From contig JAIERF010000023.1 of the NCBI GenBank assembly GCA_019747075.1, forward strand, positions 19,017 through 83,016: DNA of 64,000 nt, given 5' to 3'. The translations under genes and the position numbers were made by a program. Below the pieces are notes generated by a model, which searched no databases, had not been told where the DNA came from, and worked only from the letters and a program-made list of their open reading frames with translations. Source of the DNA: Pseudomonadaceae bacterium. Lineage in GTDB: Bacteria; Pseudomonadota; Gammaproteobacteria; Pseudomonadales; Pseudomonadaceae. Below are positions 10,647-24,338 of this stretch, piece after piece. Each line of letters starts with the position of its first letter. Position 1 is the first letter of the stretch.

Positions 10647-12671
10647 ATGAAAAGCACCCTTTCACCTCTCGGCATTTCTCTTTGTCTTGCATTGATATCG
10701 CAGACATCTCTTGCGGCCGATCTCCAGTCCCTTGATGTTGCTGCACTGCCTGGCGACAAGGTCGAGCTTAAGCTGACTTTTGATGAGCCAGTAGCGGTTC
10801 CGCGCGGTTACACAATCGAGCAACCTGCGCGCATTGCTTTGGATTTGCCGGGGGTCGTCAACAAGCTGGGCGCAAAAAACCGCGAGTTGGGTGTTGGTAA
10901 TGCGCGCAGTGTGACTGTGGTTGAGGCGGGTGACCGTACTCGTCTAATTGTCAATCTCACTACATTGGCGCCTTACAGTGCGAGAGCCGAGGGTAATGCT
11001 CTGTTTGTGGTGGTTGGCGAAGGCGCTGCGCGAGCTGCTAATCCGGTTGCCGCAGTAAAGCCTGTGGTGAAACCTTACGTGGCCGCAGGCAAGGCAATTA
11101 AGGGAATTGATTTTCAGCGTGGCGAGCAAGGTGCCGGTAATGTGGTTATCGAGCTCTCGGATGCTGCGGTCAGCCCAGATATTCAGGACCAAGGTGGGAA
11201 GATCCGTCTGGATTTTGCCAAGACCCAGTTGCCGGAGTCGCTGCGTGTACGCTTGGATGTGAAGGACTTCGCCACTCCAGTGCAATTTGTGAGTGCGGTC
11301 AGTCAGGGCGACAAGGCCAGCATCAGCATCGAGCCAACAGGCTTGTATGACTACATGGCGTATCAGACAGATAACAAATTGACTGTCAGCATCAAGCCGT
11401 TAACCCAGCAGGATGCAGATAAGCGTAAAGCTGAGAAGTTTGCCTATACGGGTGAAAAGCTTTCGCTGAATTTCCAGGATATTGATGTGCGTTCAGTGCT
11501 GCAGCTGATTGCCGACTTTACCGATCTTAACTTGGTTGCCAGTGACACAGTTCAAGGCAATATCACGTTGCGTTTGCAGAATGTGCCGTGGGATCAAGCC
11601 TTGGACTTGGTTTTGAAAACCAAGGGTTTGGACAAGCGTAAAATTGGTAACGTGCTTCTGGTTGCGCCTGCAGATGAGATTGCTGCGCGCGAACGTCAGG
11701 AGCTCGAGTCGCAGAAGCAAATTGCCGCACTAGAACCCTTGCGTAGAGAATTGATTCAAGTTAATTACGCCAAGGCTTCAGATATCGCCAAGCTGTTTCA
11801 GTCGGTAACCAGTACTGCAGGTGCTGAAACGCCCTCTGATGATCGTGGCTCGATCACCGTAGATGATCGTACTAACAGCATCATTGCTTATCAGACACAA
11901 ACCAATCTTGATGAGTTGCGTCGCATCGTAGCTCAGTTGGATATTGCTGTTCGGCAGGTGATGATTGAAGCGCGTATTGTCGAGGCGGCCGTAGATTTTA
12001 GTAAGGAGCTCGGTGTCGACTGGAAGGGCGTAACAACAGGTGTTGGTAACTTCACCTTGGGTGGCGCAACCGGTCGAGGAACTTATGTGGATTTGGGTGC
12101 CGCGGCACCAACGTCTTCCATCGGTATTGGTTTTATTACAGACAATACCATCTTGGATCTTGAGCTTTCGGCGATGGAAAAGACCGGTAATGGTGAGGTG
12201 GTTTCCCAGCCTAAGGTGGTTACTTCAGATAAAGAAACGGCGAAAATTCTGAAGGGTACGGAAATACCTTATCAAGAAGCGAGTTCAAGTGGTGCGACTA
12301 GTACTTCGTTCAAAGAAGCTGCTTTGTCACTTGAGGTTACTCCGCAAATTACCCCAGATAATCGAATTATTATGGAGGTAAAAATTAATAAGGATGAGCC
12401 TGACTATCCGAATGCATTGAATGGTGTGCCACCAATTAAAAAGAACGAAGTTAACGCTAAGGTTCTTGTTGCTGATGGCGAGACTATTGTAATCGGTGGT
12501 GTTTTCTCTAACACGCAGACGAAGGCTGTAGATAAAGTACCATTCCTCGGTGACCTTCCTTACTTGGGGCGTATGTTTCGTCGCGATGTAGTAACAGATA
12601 AGAAAAGTGAACTGCTGGTTTTCCTCACTCCTCGGATCATGAGCGGTCAGGCTGTAACTGTGGGTCGTTGA
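10647..12671 (+). CDS. pilQ: Type IV pilus secretin PilQ
   Basis: Signal peptide, AMIN-like domains, [15 protein letters not shown], and secretin C-terminus [15 protein letters not shown]...[10 protein letters not shown]. The start is 10647 or 10608. Confidence 0.95.
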   Translation: MKSTLSPLGISLCLALISQTSLAADLQSLDVAALPGDKVELKLTFDEPVAVPRGYTIEQPARIALDLPGVVNKLGAKNRELGVGNARSVTVVEAGDRTRLIVNLTTLAPYSARAEGNALFVVVGEGAARAANPVAAVKPVVKPYVAAGKAIKGIDFQRGEQGAGNVVIELSDAAVSPDIQDQGGKIRLDFAKTQLPESLRVRLDVKDFATPVQFVSAVSQGDKASISIEPTGLYDYMAYQTDNKLTVSIKPLTQQDADKRKAEKFAYTGEKLSLNFQDIDVRSVLQLIADFTDLNLVASDTVQGNITLRLQNVPWDQALDLVLKTKGLDKRKIGNVLLVAPADEIAARERQELESQKQIAALEPLRRELIQVNYAKASDIAKLFQSVTSTAGAETPSDDRGSITVDDRTNSIIAYQTQTNLDELRRIVAQLDIAVRQVMIEARIVEAAVDFSKELGVDWKGVTTGVGNFTLGGATGRGTYVDLGAAAPTSSIGIGFITDNTILDLELSAMEKTGNGEVVSQPKVVTSDKETAKILKGTEIPYQEASSSGATSTSFKEAALSLEVTPQITPDNRIIMEVKINKDEPDYPNALNGVPPIKKNEVNAKVLVADGETIVIGGVFSNTQTKAVDKVPFLGDLPYLGRMFRRDVVTDKKSELLVFLTPRIMSGQAVTVGR

Positions 12672-12676
12672 TCTTG

Positions 12677-13195
12677 GTGAGCAACTTGATTCTGGTTGGC
12701 CCGATGGGAGCTGGTAAAAGCACCATCGGGCGCTTGCTCGCCAAAGAACTGCGCTTACCCTTTAAAGATTCCGACAAGGAAATTGAGCAGCGTACCGGTG
12801 CCGATATCCCCTGGATATTTGATGTAGAGGGTGAGCAGGGCTTCCGTGAGCGCGAGCAGGCGGTGATCGTCGATCTTTGTGGCGCTGACGGACTGGTACT
12901 GGCTACTGGTGGCGGTGCAGTTCTTCGAGAAGAAAATCGTCGTGCGCTACGGGCAGGTGGGCGCGTTGTTTACCTGCATGCAACCGTCGAGCAGCAAATT
13001 GATCGGACTTCTCGTGATCGTAACCGTCCCCTGTTGCGCACAGCTGATCCTGCGAGGGTGCTGTCTGACCTGATGGCAATTCGTGATCCGCTGTATCGTG
13101 AAATTGCCGATGTGGTGATCGAAACCGACGAGCGTCCGCCGCGGATGGTCGTGTTGGAGATCATTGAGCGCCTTGAGGCGCTTGCTCCCCGTTAA
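12677..13195 (+). CDS. aroK: Shikimate kinase
   Basis: P-loop [30 protein letters not shown]; GTG start. Confidence 0.96.
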   Translation: MSNLILVGPMGAGKSTIGRLLAKELRLPFKDSDKEIEQRTGADIPWIFDVEGEQGFREREQAVIVDLCGADGLVLATGGGAVLREENRRALRAGGRVVYLHATVEQQIDRTSRDRNRPLLRTADPARVLSDLMAIRDPLYREIADVVIETDERPPRMVVLEIIERLEALAPR

Positions 13196-13244
13196 AGCGC
13201 AGGCTGATCTGCGCTATCCTAGAGCCCTTTTCTATGGGGGCCTC

Positions 13245-14348
13245 ATGCAAACACTTCAGGTTGAACTCGCCGAGCGTAGCTATCCCATTTATATCGGGGC
13301 CGGCTTGCTTGCTCAGGCCGGGTTGTTCGAGCCGCATATTGCTGGTCGGCAAGTGGCGATTATTACCAATGAAACCGTGGCGCCGCTTTATTTGCAGTCG
13401 TTGCTGGTAACCCTGGCGGGGTTTGACGTCACTCCGGTGATTTTGCCCGATGGCGAGGCCTTCAAGACCTGGGAAACCTTACAGCTGATTTTTGATGGCT
13501 TGCTGACTGCGCGCCATGATCGTCGGACTACGGTTATTGCTCTGGGCGGCGGTGTGATCGGCGATATGGCAGGCTTTGCTGCGGCTTGTTACCAGCGCGG
13601 CGTCGATTTTATTCAAGTGCCTACCACACTGTTATCTCAGGTTGACTCATCCGTTGGCGGCAAGACGGGAATCAATCATCCGCTGGGTAAGAATATGGTC
13701 GGTGCGTTCTATCAGCCCAAGGCAGTGATCATTGATATATCCAGTCTGAATACCTTGCCTGTCCGTGAGTTGTCGGCAGGTTTGGCTGAGGTCATCAAGT
13801 ATGGTCTGATTTGTGATGAGCCATTTCTGGGTTGGCTTGAGCTCAATATGGAGGGTTTGCGCGGCCTCGATCAGGCACTTTTGGCTGAGGCGGTGGCGCG
13901 TTCCTGTGCGGCCAAGGCGTATGTTGTCGGGCAGGATGAGCGTGAGTCTGGCCTGCGAGCGACCCTGAATCTTGGCCACACCTTTGGCCATGCCATCGAA
14001 ACCCATATGGGTTATGGCGTGTGGTTGCACGGCGAGGCGGTTTCGGCCGGGACGGTGATGGCGCTGGAGATGTCCTGCCGTTTGGGTTGGATTGCCGCGG
14101 CTGAGCGTGATCGGGGCGTGCGCCTCTTGCTGCAGGCGGGGCTGCCGGTTGTGCCGCCGGAAGAAATGGCGCCGGATGATTTTCTCGAGCACATGGCGGT
14201 GGATAAAAAAGTGCTCGATGGACGCCTGCGTTTGGTGCTGTTGAAAGGCCTGGGCGCGGCCGTGGTAACCAGCGAGTTTCCTCGCGAAATTTTAGATGCC
14301 ACCTTGCGCGCAGATTACCGCGCCTTGGTTAATCAGCTTAGCGATTGA
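13245..14348 (+). CDS. aroB: 3-dehydroquinate synthase
   Basis: [38 protein letters not shown] and HGEAV motifs. Confidence 0.97.
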   Translation: MQTLQVELAERSYPIYIGAGLLAQAGLFEPHIAGRQVAIITNETVAPLYLQSLLVTLAGFDVTPVILPDGEAFKTWETLQLIFDGLLTARHDRRTTVIALGGGVIGDMAGFAAACYQRGVDFIQVPTTLLSQVDSSVGGKTGINHPLGKNMVGAFYQPKAVIIDISSLNTLPVRELSAGLAEVIKYGLICDEPFLGWLELNMEGLRGLDQALLAEAVARSCAAKAYVVGQDERESGLRATLNLGHTFGHAIETHMGYGVWLHGEAVSAGTVMALEMSCRLGWIAAAERDRGVRLLLQAGLPVVPPEEMAPDDFLEHMAVDKKVLDGRLRLVLLKGLGAAVVTSEFPREILDATLRADYRALVNQLSD

Positions 14349-14358
14349 TGAGAACTCT

Positions 14359-15960
14359 ATGACCAGTTTGCATGCCGACGAGGCCTTCCTCGGCCATTAC
14401 CAACTCAGCCATGACCCCTTTGCTGCGCGGGTGCCCGGGTTCAAGTTTTTCCCGGCGCAACGCAAGCCAGTGCTGGGCCAGTTGCATCATTTGGCGCGTT
14501 ACAGTCAGCTGTTGTTAGCCGTAACCGGTCCCAAGGGGAGCGGCAAGACGCTGCTGCGCCAGGCGCTCGTGGCCAGCACTAACAAGCAGGCAGTGCAGAG
14601 TGTGGTGGTCTCGGCGCGCGGTGCGGTCGAGGCTGGGGGCGTGTTGCGTCTGCTGAGCCAGGGTCTGAATGTGCCCCAGGCCGATGTGCGTGCCGTGCTG
14701 TCGCGGGTTGCTCAGTTAACCGCAACCGGCCAGGAAGTCTATCTGCTGGTTGATGATGCCGAGCAACTGGATGATGCGGGCTTGGAGGCGATGCTGGCGT
14801 TGGCTGCCGGCAATGCCGAGGGGCGAGCACATGTCTTCCTGTTTGCCGAGCACAGCCTGATTGCTCGCCTTGAGCTGTTTGCGGATGGCGCTGAGTGTTT
14901 TCATGCCATTGAGTTGCAGCCTTACGATGAGGCTGAAACTCAGGAGTACCTGGCGCAACGATTAGAAGGTGCTGGGCAGGGTATCGAGTTGTTCACCGCT
15001 GAGCAGATCGCTGATATTCATCTGGCTTCTGGCGGCTGGCCGGGCGCCATCAATCTGCTGGCTCGCGAGGCTTTGATTGACGCGATGCTGGCGCAGCGAG
15101 GCGCGGGAAAAAACGCGTCTTTTGGCTTCAAATTACCCGTCAAGCACTTGGTCGCCTTGCTGGTGGTGGCTGGCGGCGTAGCGGCGGCCTGGATGATGCA
15201 AGAACGTACCGAAAGCGTGCCTGTGGCGCCGATCAGTGCGCAATTGCCGTTGGGGCAGGAGTCTGTTGCGGTAGATGCTGCGGCGCCAAACGTGGCGGCG
15301 GATGCTGCAGGGCCGAAGATTGATTTTGCTGGCTCAAGCCAACCATTGCCGTTGCCGTTGGTGGGTGAGGCGCAGCCAGTCATTCGTGAGCCGCTGGCAC
15401 AGGCTGCAGGGTTGGCGGAGAGCGAAGACGGTGGGGCGCTGGACTCCTTGCCGGCGATTGCGCCAGCTACTGTCGCTGCGCCGACTGTGGCGCCGGCGGT
15501 TGAGCCTGCCAAGCCCGCTTTGGCTGCCGTGCCAGCTGTTGCTCCGGTCGCCGCTCCCGTGCCGGTCAAGCCAGCTGCGGTGGCGGTGGCTCCTGCGGTT
15601 AAGCCGCAGCCACAGCCGGCGCCTAAGCCTGTGGTTAAGGCGGTTGTTAAACCGCCGGTGCCTGTCGTCAAGCCGGCAGCCGGTTCGGGTTGGTATGCCG
15701 CCCAGGCATCCAATCGCTATGTGGTTCAGGTGCTGGGAACTGGCGTTGAGGCCAATGCCCAGGCGTTTGTGCGCCAGCACGGCAGTGAATACCACTACTT
15801 CAAAAAGGTTCTGCAAGGTAAGCCGCTGTATGTGGTGACCTATGGCAGTTTTGCCACCCGTGCAGCCGCTCAGGCGTCGATCAAGGCGTTGCCCGCCAAA
15901 GTTCAGGCTGCCAAGCCTTGGCCGCGCACTATTGCCAGCGTGCGGCAGGAAATGAAGTAG
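14359..15960 (+). CDS. damX: DamX-like protein (N-terminal AAA domain, TM, Pro/Ala-rich linker, SPOR domain)
   Basis: Walker A GPKGSGKT, a TM segment, and a C-terminal SPOR-like domain (YVVTYGSF...KPWPR); lies downstream of aroB. Confidence 0.8.
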   Translation: MTSLHADEAFLGHYQLSHDPFAARVPGFKFFPAQRKPVLGQLHHLARYSQLLLAVTGPKGSGKTLLRQALVASTNKQAVQSVVVSARGAVEAGGVLRLLSQGLNVPQADVRAVLSRVAQLTATGQEVYLLVDDAEQLDDAGLEAMLALAAGNAEGRAHVFLFAEHSLIARLELFADGAECFHAIELQPYDEAETQEYLAQRLEGAGQGIELFTAEQIADIHLASGGWPGAINLLAREALIDAMLAQRGAGKNASFGFKLPVKHLVALLVVAGGVAAAWMMQERTESVPVAPISAQLPLGQESVAVDAAAPNVAADAAGPKIDFAGSSQPLPLPLVGEAQPVIREPLAQAAGLAESEDGGALDSLPAIAPATVAAPTVAPAVEPAKPALAAVPAVAPVAAPVPVKPAAVAVAPAVKPQPQPAPKPVVKAVVKPPVPVVKPAAGSGWYAAQASNRYVVQVLGTGVEANAQAFVRQHGSEYHYFKKVLQGKPLYVVTYGSFATRAAAQASIKALPAKVQAAKPWPRTIASVRQEMK

Positions 15961-16079
15961 CTGGGGTGTCTGGCTGGCGGGCCTATGGTTCGCCAGCTGA
16001 CTGGTGAGTCGCTAACATGGCTGGCCGGTCGTTTCCTTCTGCAAGGCGACATAAGCGTGCAAGGCTTCGCCATGCCGAT

Positions 16080-16108
16080 TTGTGACCCCTAGGGTGGATG
16101 TGTACAAT
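16080..16108 (+). promoter_or_regulatory. Putative sigma70 promoter of gltBD
   Basis: TTGTGA-N17-TACAAT. Confidence 0.5.
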
Positions 16109-16199
16109 GACCTCCCTTTTGCCTGCGCAAAGCTGGCGCATTGACCTGCGCGCATGGTAAGTGCTTGATTTAGTACAAGTTTGTCTGGTGAGAATGTCT

Positions 16200-19100
16200 A
16201 TGAAAGCAGGTCTGTACCATCCTGATGAGTTCAAGGATAACTGCGGCTTCGGCCTGATTGCCCATATGCAGGGCGAGGCAAGCCATCACCTGCTGCAGAC
16301 AGCCATTGAAGCCCTGACCTGCATGACCCACCGTGGCGGTATCAACGCCGACGGTAAGACAGGTGACGGCTGCGGGCTGCTGATGCAGAAGCCTGATGTG
16401 TTCTTGCGTGCTACGGCACAGCAGGCGTTCGCGGTCGAATTGCCGGCGCAGTATGCCGTCGGCATGGTCTTCCTCAATCAGGATGAGGCCAAAGCCAACG
16501 CCGCCCGCGAGAATATGAACCGCGAAATCCTCGCTGCCGGCTTGCAGCTGATCGGCTGGCGCAAAGTGCCAGTGGATACCAGCGTGCTCGGCCGTCTGGC
16601 GCTGGAGCGTCTGCCGCAGATTGAGCAAGTGTTCATCGGTGGTGAAGGCTTGGGCGACCAGGATTTTGCCATCAAGCTGTTCAGTGCCCGTCGTCGCTCT
16701 TCGGTGGCCAACGCAGTCGACACCGAGCATTACATCTGCAGCTTCTCGTCGAAGACCATCATCTACAAAGGTTTGATGATGCCGGCGGACTTGCAGCAGT
16801 TCTACCCGGACCTGGGTGACGAGCGCCTGCAAACCGCGATCTGCGTGTTCCACCAGCGCTTCTCCACCAACACCCTGCCGAAGTGGCCGTTGGCTCAGCC
16901 ATTCCGCTTCCTGGCGCACAACGGTGAAATCAACACCATCACCGGCAACCGTAACTGGGCTCAAGCTCGGCGTACCAAGTTTGCCAACGACCAGCTGCCG
17001 GACCTTGATGATTTGGGCCCGCTGGTCAATCGCGTGGGCTCTGACTCTTCGAGCATGGACAACATGCTGGAACTGATGGTCACCGGCGGCATGGACCTGT
17101 TCCGTGGCGTGCGCATGATCATTCCGCCAGCCTGGCAGAACGTTGAGACCATGGACGCCGATCTACGCGCGTTCTATGAGTACAACTCCATGCACATGGA
17201 GCCGTGGGATGGTCCGGCCGGCGTGGTATTGACCGATGGTCGCTATGCCGTGTGCCTGCTCGACCGTAACGGTCTGCGCCCGGCGCGTTGGGTCACCACC
17301 AAAAATGGCTACATCACCCTCGCCTCGGAAATCGGCGTGTGGAACTACCAGCCCGAAGACGTGCTGGCCAAAGGCCGTGTGGGTCCGGGGCAGATCCTCG
17401 CCGTGGATACCGAAACCGGTCAGGTGTTGAGCACTGAAGACATCGACAACCGTCTGAAATCGCGCCACCCCTACAAGCAGTGGCTGCGTCAGGGCGCGGT
17501 GCGCATTCAGGCGTCGCTGGACGACGATCAAGGCGTGGCCAGCTACGATGCTGACCAGCTCAAGCACTTCATGAAAATGTTCCAGGTCACCTTCGAAGAG
17601 CGTGATCAGGTGCTGCGGCCATTGGCCGAGCAGGGCCAGGAAGCCGTTGGCTCGATGGGCGATGACACGCCGATGGCCGTGCTGTCGCAGCGCGTGCGCT
17701 CGACGTTCGACTATTTCCGTCAGCAATTTGCCCAGGTCACCAACCCACCGATCGACCCGCTGCGTGAAGCGATCGTGATGTCGTTGGAAATCTGCCTGGG
17801 TGCTGAGCGCAATATCTTCGAAGAGTCGCCAGCCCACGCCAGCCGCGTGATCCTCACCTCGCCGGTGATTTCGCCGGCCAAGTGGCGCGCGCTGATGAGC
17901 CTCGCCGAGCCAGGCTTCGAGCGTCATGTCATCGACATGAACTACGACGAAACCCTGGGCCTGGAAGCGGCCGTACGTGCTATGGCTGATCAGGCTGAAG
18001 AGGCTGTGCGCGCTGGCAAGGCCTTGCTGGTTCTGACCGATCGCCACATTGCCCCAGGCAAACTGCCGGCCCACGCCTCGCTGGTGACCGGTGCCGTGCA
18101 CCATCGCCTGACCGAGAAAGGCCTGCGTTGCGACTGCAACATCCTGGTAGAAACAGCCACCGCTCGCGATCCGCATCACTTCGCCGTGCTGGTGGGTTTC
18201 GGTGCTTCTGCCGTGTACCCGTTCCTGGCCTACGAAGTACTGGCCGACCTGATTCGCACCGGCGAAGTGCTGGGCGATCTGGATGAAGTGTTCAAGCACT
18301 ACCGCAAAGGCATTTCCAAGGGCCTGCTGAAGATCCTGTCGAAGATGGGCATCTCTACCATCGCTTCGTACCGCGGTGCGCAGTTGTTCGAAGCCGTGGG
18401 CCTGGCCGACGAAGTGGTCGAGCTGAGCTTCCGTGGTGTGGCTAGCCGCATCAAGGGTGCGCGTTTCGTCGACATCGAAGCCGAGCAGAAGCTGCTGGCC
18501 GCCGAAGCCTGGAACAACCGCAAGCCGATCCAGCAGGGTGGTTTGCTCAAGTTTGTTTACGGTGGCGAGTACCACGCCTACAACCCGGACGTGGTCAACA
18601 CCCTGCAGGCCGCTGTGCAGCAGGGCAGCTACGAGAAGTTCAAGGAATACACCACGCTGGTCGACACCCGTCCGGTGTCGATGATCCGCGACCTGTTGCA
18701 GGTCAAGCTGGCCGAACAGCCGCTGGCGCTGGATCAGGTCGAGCCGCTGGAGATGATCCTCAAGCGCTTCGATTCCGCCGGGATATCCCTCGGCGCGCTG
18801 TCGCCGGAGGCCCACGAAGCCATCGCCGAGGCGATGAACCGTCTGGGCGCGCGCTCCAACTCCGGTGAGGGCGGCGAAGATCCGGCCCGTTACGGCACGG
18901 TGAAGAGCTCGAAGATCAAGCAAGTGGCTACCGGCCGTTTCGGTGTTACGCCGGAATACCTGGTGAATGCCGAAGTGCTGCAGATCAAAGTCGCCCAAGG
19001 CGCCAAGCCTGGCGAAGGTGGTCAGCTACCCGGTGGCAAGGTCAACGGCCTGATTGCGCGTCTGCGTTATGCCGTGCCGGGCGTGACCCTGATTTCGCCG

Positions 19101-20645
19101 CCGCCGCACCACGACATCTACTCGATTGAAGACTTGTCGCAGCTGATTTTTGACCTCAAGCAGGTCAATCCCAAGGCGCTGGTGTCGGTCAAGCTGGTTG
19201 CGGAAGCGGGCGTTGGCACCATCGCCGCTGGCGTGGCCAAGGCTTACGCCGACTTGATCACCATCTCCGGTTACGACGGTGGTACCGGTGCTTCGCCGAT
19301 CAGCTCGATCAAGTATGCGGGCGCACCGTGGGAGCTCGGCCTGGCCGAGACTCACCAGACCCTGCGCGGCAATGACCTGCGCGGCAAGGTCCGGGTGCAG
19401 ACTGACGGCGGCCTGAAAACCGGCCTGGATGTGGTCAAGGCTGCGATCCTCGGCGCCGAGAGCTTCGGCTTCGGCACCGCGCCAATGATCGCCCTGGGTT
19501 GCAAGTTCCTGCGCATCTGCCACCTGAACAACTGTGCGACCGGTGTAGCCACGCAGAACGAAAAACTGCGCAAGGATCACTTCATCGGCACCGTCGAAAT
19601 GGTGATGAACTTCTTCACCTTCGTCGCCGAAGAAACCCGCGAGTGGCTGGCCAAGCTGGGCGTGCGTAGCCTGGAAGAGCTGATCGGCCGCACCGATCTG
19701 CTCGACATGCTGCCAGGTGAAACCGCCAAGCAGCAGCACCTGGACCTCAGTCCGCTGTTGGGTAGCGACCACATTCCCGCCGACAAGCCGCAGTTCTGTG
19801 GTGTTGAGCGCAACCCGCCGTTCGATAAAGGCTTGCTGGCCGAGAAGATGGTTGAGCTGGCCAGTGCGGCCATTGCTGACAAGAGCGGTGCCGAGTTCGC
19901 TCTGGATATCTGCAACTGTGACCGTTCCATTGGTGCGCGGATTTCGGGTGAAATTGCCCGTGCTCACGGCAACCAGGGTATGGCCAAGGCGCCGATCACC
20001 TTCCGCTTCAAAGGTTCGGCCGGTCAGAGCTTTGGCGTGTGGAACGCCGGCGGCCTGAATATGTACCTCGAAGGCGATGCCAACGACTACGTCGGTAAGG
20101 GCATGACCGGCGGTAAGCTGGTGGTTGTGCCGCCTGCGGGCAGCCCGTTCAAGACCCAGGACAGTGCCATCATCGGCAACACCTGTCTGTACGGCGCCAC
20201 TGGCGGCAAGTTGTTTGCCGCTGGTACGGCGGGTGAGCGTTTTGCCGTGCGTAACTCCGGTGCCCACACCGTGGTGGAAGGCACTGGCGATCACTGCTGC
20301 GAGTACATGACCGGCGGTTTCGTCTGCGTACTGGGCAAGACCGGCTACAACTTCGGTTCGGGCATGACCGGCGGTTTCGCCTACGTGCTGGATCTGGACA
20401 ACACCTTTGTTGACCGTGTTAACCACGAGTTGGTGGAAATCCAGCGGATCAACAACGAGGCCATGGAAGCCTATCGCAGCCATCTGCAGCGCGTGCTCGC
20501 CGAGTACGTGGCCGAGACTGCCAGCGAGTGGGGGCGTAACCTGCTGGACAACCTGGACGACTACCTGCGCAAATTCTGGCTGGTCAAGCCGAAGGCCGCG
20601 AGCCTCGGGTCGTTGCTCTCCAGCACCCGCGCCAACCCGCAATAA
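16200..20645 (+). CDS. gltB: Glutamate synthase large subunit
   Basis: NCGFG amidotransferase start, [32 protein letters not shown] and [13 protein letters not shown]. Confidence 0.98.
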   Translation: MKAGLYHPDEFKDNCGFGLIAHMQGEASHHLLQTAIEALTCMTHRGGINADGKTGDGCGLLMQKPDVFLRATAQQAFAVELPAQYAVGMVFLNQDEAKANAARENMNREILAAGLQLIGWRKVPVDTSVLGRLALERLPQIEQVFIGGEGLGDQDFAIKLFSARRRSSVANAVDTEHYICSFSSKTIIYKGLMMPADLQQFYPDLGDERLQTAICVFHQRFSTNTLPKWPLAQPFRFLAHNGEINTITGNRNWAQARRTKFANDQLPDLDDLGPLVNRVGSDSSSMDNMLELMVTGGMDLFRGVRMIIPPAWQNVETMDADLRAFYEYNSMHMEPWDGPAGVVLTDGRYAVCLLDRNGLRPARWVTTKNGYITLASEIGVWNYQPEDVLAKGRVGPGQILAVDTETGQVLSTEDIDNRLKSRHPYKQWLRQGAVRIQASLDDDQGVASYDADQLKHFMKMFQVTFEERDQVLRPLAEQGQEAVGSMGDDTPMAVLSQRVRSTFDYFRQQFAQVTNPPIDPLREAIVMSLEICLGAERNIFEESPAHASRVILTSPVISPAKWRALMSLAEPGFERHVIDMNYDETLGLEAAVRAMADQAEEAVRAGKALLVLTDRHIAPGKLPAHASLVTGAVHHRLTEKGLRCDCNILVETATARDPHHFAVLVGFGASAVYPFLAYEVLADLIRTGEVLGDLDEVFKHYRKGISKGLLKILSKMGISTIASYRGAQLFEAVGLADEVVELSFRGVASRIKGARFVDIEAEQKLLAAEAWNNRKPIQQGGLLKFVYGGEYHAYNPDVVNTLQAAVQQGSYEKFKEYTTLVDTRPVSMIRDLLQVKLAEQPLALDQVEPLEMILKRFDSAGISLGALSPEAHEAIAEAMNRLGARSNSGEGGEDPARYGTVKSSKIKQVATGRFGVTPEYLVNAEVLQIKVAQGAKPGEGGQLPGGKVNGLIARLRYAVPGVTLISPPPHHDIYSIEDLSQLIFDLKQVNPKALVSVKLVAEAGVGTIAAGVAKAYADLITISGYDGGTGASPISSIKYAGAPWELGLAETHQTLRGNDLRGKVRVQTDGGLKTGLDVVKAAILGAESFGFGTAPMIALGCKFLRICHLNNCATGVATQNEKLRKDHFIGTVEMVMNFFTFVAEETREWLAKLGVRSLEELIGRTDLLDMLPGETAKQQHLDLSPLLGSDHIPADKPQFCGVERNPPFDKGLLAEKMVELASAAIADKSGAEFALDICNCDRSIGARISGEIARAHGNQGMAKAPITFRFKGSAGQSFGVWNAGGLNMYLEGDANDYVGKGMTGGKLVVVPPAGSPFKTQDSAIIGNTCLYGATGGKLFAAGTAGERFAVRNSGAHTVVEGTGDHCCEYMTGGFVCVLGKTGYNFGSGMTGGFAYVLDLDNTFVDRVNHELVEIQRINNEAMEAYRSHLQRVLAEYVAETASEWGRNLLDNLDDYLRKFWLVKPKAASLGSLLSSTRANPQ

Positions 20646-20738
20646 AGCCGCTGCCAGCGGTCGACCCGGCGCCCAGTGTGGCGTCAGGTCGGCCTGCTAA
20701 CCGTGATTGTCCTGCAGCGTGAAGCCCATGGCTCGTGA

Positions 20739-22178
<1,440 letters not shown>

Positions 22179-22220
22179 TCGCGGTACGGCCTGGCGGCTG
22201 ATCTGCGTCAGGCGATAGAC

Positions 22221-22248
22221 AAAAGGCACGGCACTCGCCGTGCCTTTT
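22221..22248 (+). terminator. Intrinsic terminator after gltD
   Basis: AAAAGGCACGGC-actc-GCCGTGCCTTTT. Confidence 0.75.
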
Positions 22249-22307
22249 GCATTGGGCTCTGCGAAAATGCCCGCACTTTTTTCCTGCTCATTAGTTCGGA
22301 ACCTGCC

Positions 22308-23375
22308 ATGACCGTCTTGAAGAACGACCGTTTTCTGCGTGCCCTGCTCAAACAGCCGGTGGATGTCACCCCGGTGTGGATGATGCGTCAGGCCGGTCGC
22401 TACTTGCCGGAGTACCGCGCCACCCGCGCCCAGGCCGGCAACTTCGTCAACCTGATGAAGAACCCTGAGCTGGCCTGTGAGGTCACCATCCAGCCGCTGG
22501 ACCGCTACCCGCAGCTGGACGCGGCGATCCTGTTTTCCGACATCCTGACCATCCCGGATGCCATGGGCCAGGGGCTGTACTTTGAAACGGGCGAAGGCCC
22601 GCGCTTCAAGAAAGTGGTCGCGAGCATGGCTGACATCGAAGCCTTGCCGATCCCCGATCCGGAAAAGGACCTGGGTTATGTGATGGACGCTGTGCGCACC
22701 ATCCGCCGCGAGCTGAATGGTCGCGTACCGCTGATTGGCTTTTCCGGCAGCCCTTGGACCTTGGCCACTTACATGGTCGAAGGCGGCTCGTCGAAGGACT
22801 TCCGCAAGTCCAAGGCCATGCTCTACAACAATCCGCAGGCCATGCACGCCCTGCTCGATAAGTTGGCGCAGTCGGTCACCGCCTACCTGAATGGGCAGAT
22901 CCTGGCAGGCGCCCAAGCGGTCCAGATTTTCGATTCCTGGGGCGGCAGCCTGTCGGCGGCGGCGTACCAGGAGTTCTCCCTGGCCTATATGCAGAAGATC
23001 GTCGACGGCCTGATCCGCGAACACGACGGTCGCCGCGTGCCGGTGATCCTGTTCACCAAGGGCGGCGGTCTGTGGCTGGAGTCGATGGCCGACACCGGCG
23101 CCGAGGCCCTGGGCCTGGACTGGACCTGCGATATCGGCAGCGCCCGTGCCCGGGTTGGCAGCAAAGTGGCCCTGCAAGGCAATATGGATCCGAGCGTGCT
23201 GTACGCCAGCCCGGCGGCCATTCGTGCCGAAGTGGCGCGCATTCTCGCCAGCTACGGCCACGGTACGGGCCAGGTGTTCAACCTCGGCCACGGCATCACC
23301 CCGGAAGTCGATCCGGCCCATGCCGGTGCGTTCTTCGAGGCAGTGCACGAATTGTCGGCTCAGTACCACGGCTGA
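22308..23375 (+). CDS. hemE: Uroporphyrinogen decarboxylase
   Basis: [31 protein letters not shown] and FNLGHGI. Confidence 0.97.
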   Translation: MTVLKNDRFLRALLKQPVDVTPVWMMRQAGRYLPEYRATRAQAGNFVNLMKNPELACEVTIQPLDRYPQLDAAILFSDILTIPDAMGQGLYFETGEGPRFKKVVASMADIEALPIPDPEKDLGYVMDAVRTIRRELNGRVPLIGFSGSPWTLATYMVEGGSSKDFRKSKAMLYNNPQAMHALLDKLAQSVTAYLNGQILAGAQAVQIFDSWGGSLSAAAYQEFSLAYMQKIVDGLIREHDGRRVPVILFTKGGGLWLESMADTGAEALGLDWTCDIGSARARVGSKVALQGNMDPSVLYASPAAIRAEVARILASYGHGTGQVFNLGHGITPEVDPAHAGAFFEAVHELSAQYHG

Positions 23376-23501
23376 TGTCGCCGCGCCGGCCGGCAAAGCG
23401 CTGCTTTTCGGCGCGATTGCCGGCCTGCTGCGCTGAATGCCTCGCCCTTGTCACGCGCTTTGCATAGAATCGGCAACTCGACCGGCTCAGGGAGGTGTGG
23501 C

Positions 23502-24275
23502 ATGCGGCGCGTGGTGTTCAATCAAAAAGGTGGCGTGGGTAAATCCAGCATTGCCTGCAATCTGGCAGCGGTCAGTGCAGCAGAGGGGCATCGCACCCTG
23601 CTGATCGACCTCGATGCCCAGGGTAATTCCACCCATTACCTCACCGGGTTGACGGGAGACGAGGTGCCTGTCGGCATTGCAGACTTCTTCAAGCAAACCC
23701 TGTCGTCCGGCCCCTTTGCCAAGAAGGGTAAGGTCGATATCTACGAGACGCCGTTCGACAACCTGCATGTGGTCACGGCCACCGCCGAGCTGGCCGACCT
23801 GCAGCCCAAGCTGGAGGCCAAGCACAAGATCAACAAGCTGCGTAAGTTGCTTGATGAACTGGCCGAGGACTACGACCGAATTTACCTGGATACGCCGCCG
23901 GCGCTGAACTTCTACACCGTGTCGGCGATGATCGCCGCCGACCGCTGCCTGATCCCTTTCGATTGCGACAGCTTCTCCCGCCAGGCCCTGTACGGGCTGC
24001 TGCGCGAGATCGAGGAGATCAAGGAAGACCATAACGAAGACCTCGAAGTTGAAGGCATCGTGGTCAACCAGTTCCAGCCTCGCGCCAGCCTGCCGCAGCA
24101 GTTGCTGGACGAGCTGATCAGCGAGGGCTTGCCGGTGTTGCCGGTGTACCTCAGCAGTTCGGTGAAAATGCGCGAGTCGCACCAGGCCTGTACGCCGCTG
24201 ATCTTTCTCGAACCCAAGCACAAACTTACCCAGCAGTTCGTCGAGCTGTACCAGTTGCTCGAAGAGCGCGGCTGA
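23502..24275 (+). CDS. ParA/Soj-family ATPase (orphan)
   Basis: Deviant Walker A NQKGGVGKS, DLDAQGN and LDTPP; ATG after GGAGG. Confidence 0.9.
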   Translation: MRRVVFNQKGGVGKSSIACNLAAVSAAEGHRTLLIDLDAQGNSTHYLTGLTGDEVPVGIADFFKQTLSSGPFAKKGKVDIYETPFDNLHVVTATAELADLQPKLEAKHKINKLRKLLDELAEDYDRIYLDTPPALNFYTVSAMIAADRCLIPFDCDSFSRQALYGLLREIEEIKEDHNEDLEVEGIVVNQFQPRASLPQQLLDELISEGLPVLPVYLSSSVKMRESHQACTPLIFLEPKHKLTQQFVELYQLLEERG

Positions 24276-24291
24276 TAACGCCTGACCTACT

Positions 24292-24326
24292 AACAACAAG
24301 GGCGCCATTTGGCGCCCTTGTTGTTT
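24292..24326. terminator. Bidirectional terminator between parA and usp
   Basis: Perfect 15-bp inverted repeat AACAACAAGGGCGCC-attt-GGCGCCCTTGTTGTT. Confidence 0.8.
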
Positions 24327-24338
24327 ATGGCGCTGACA

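Noticed and set aside
15440-15690. Repetitive Ala/Pro/Val/Lys-coding DNA in damX (and the Ala/Pro linkers of aceF)
   Set aside because: Ordinary low-complexity protein linkers, not a tandem DNA repeat or array.
20646-20700. Imperfect hairpin between gltB and gltD
   Set aside because: Single copy in the window with no REP-type end motif or U-tract; likely a routine intercistronic stem-loop.
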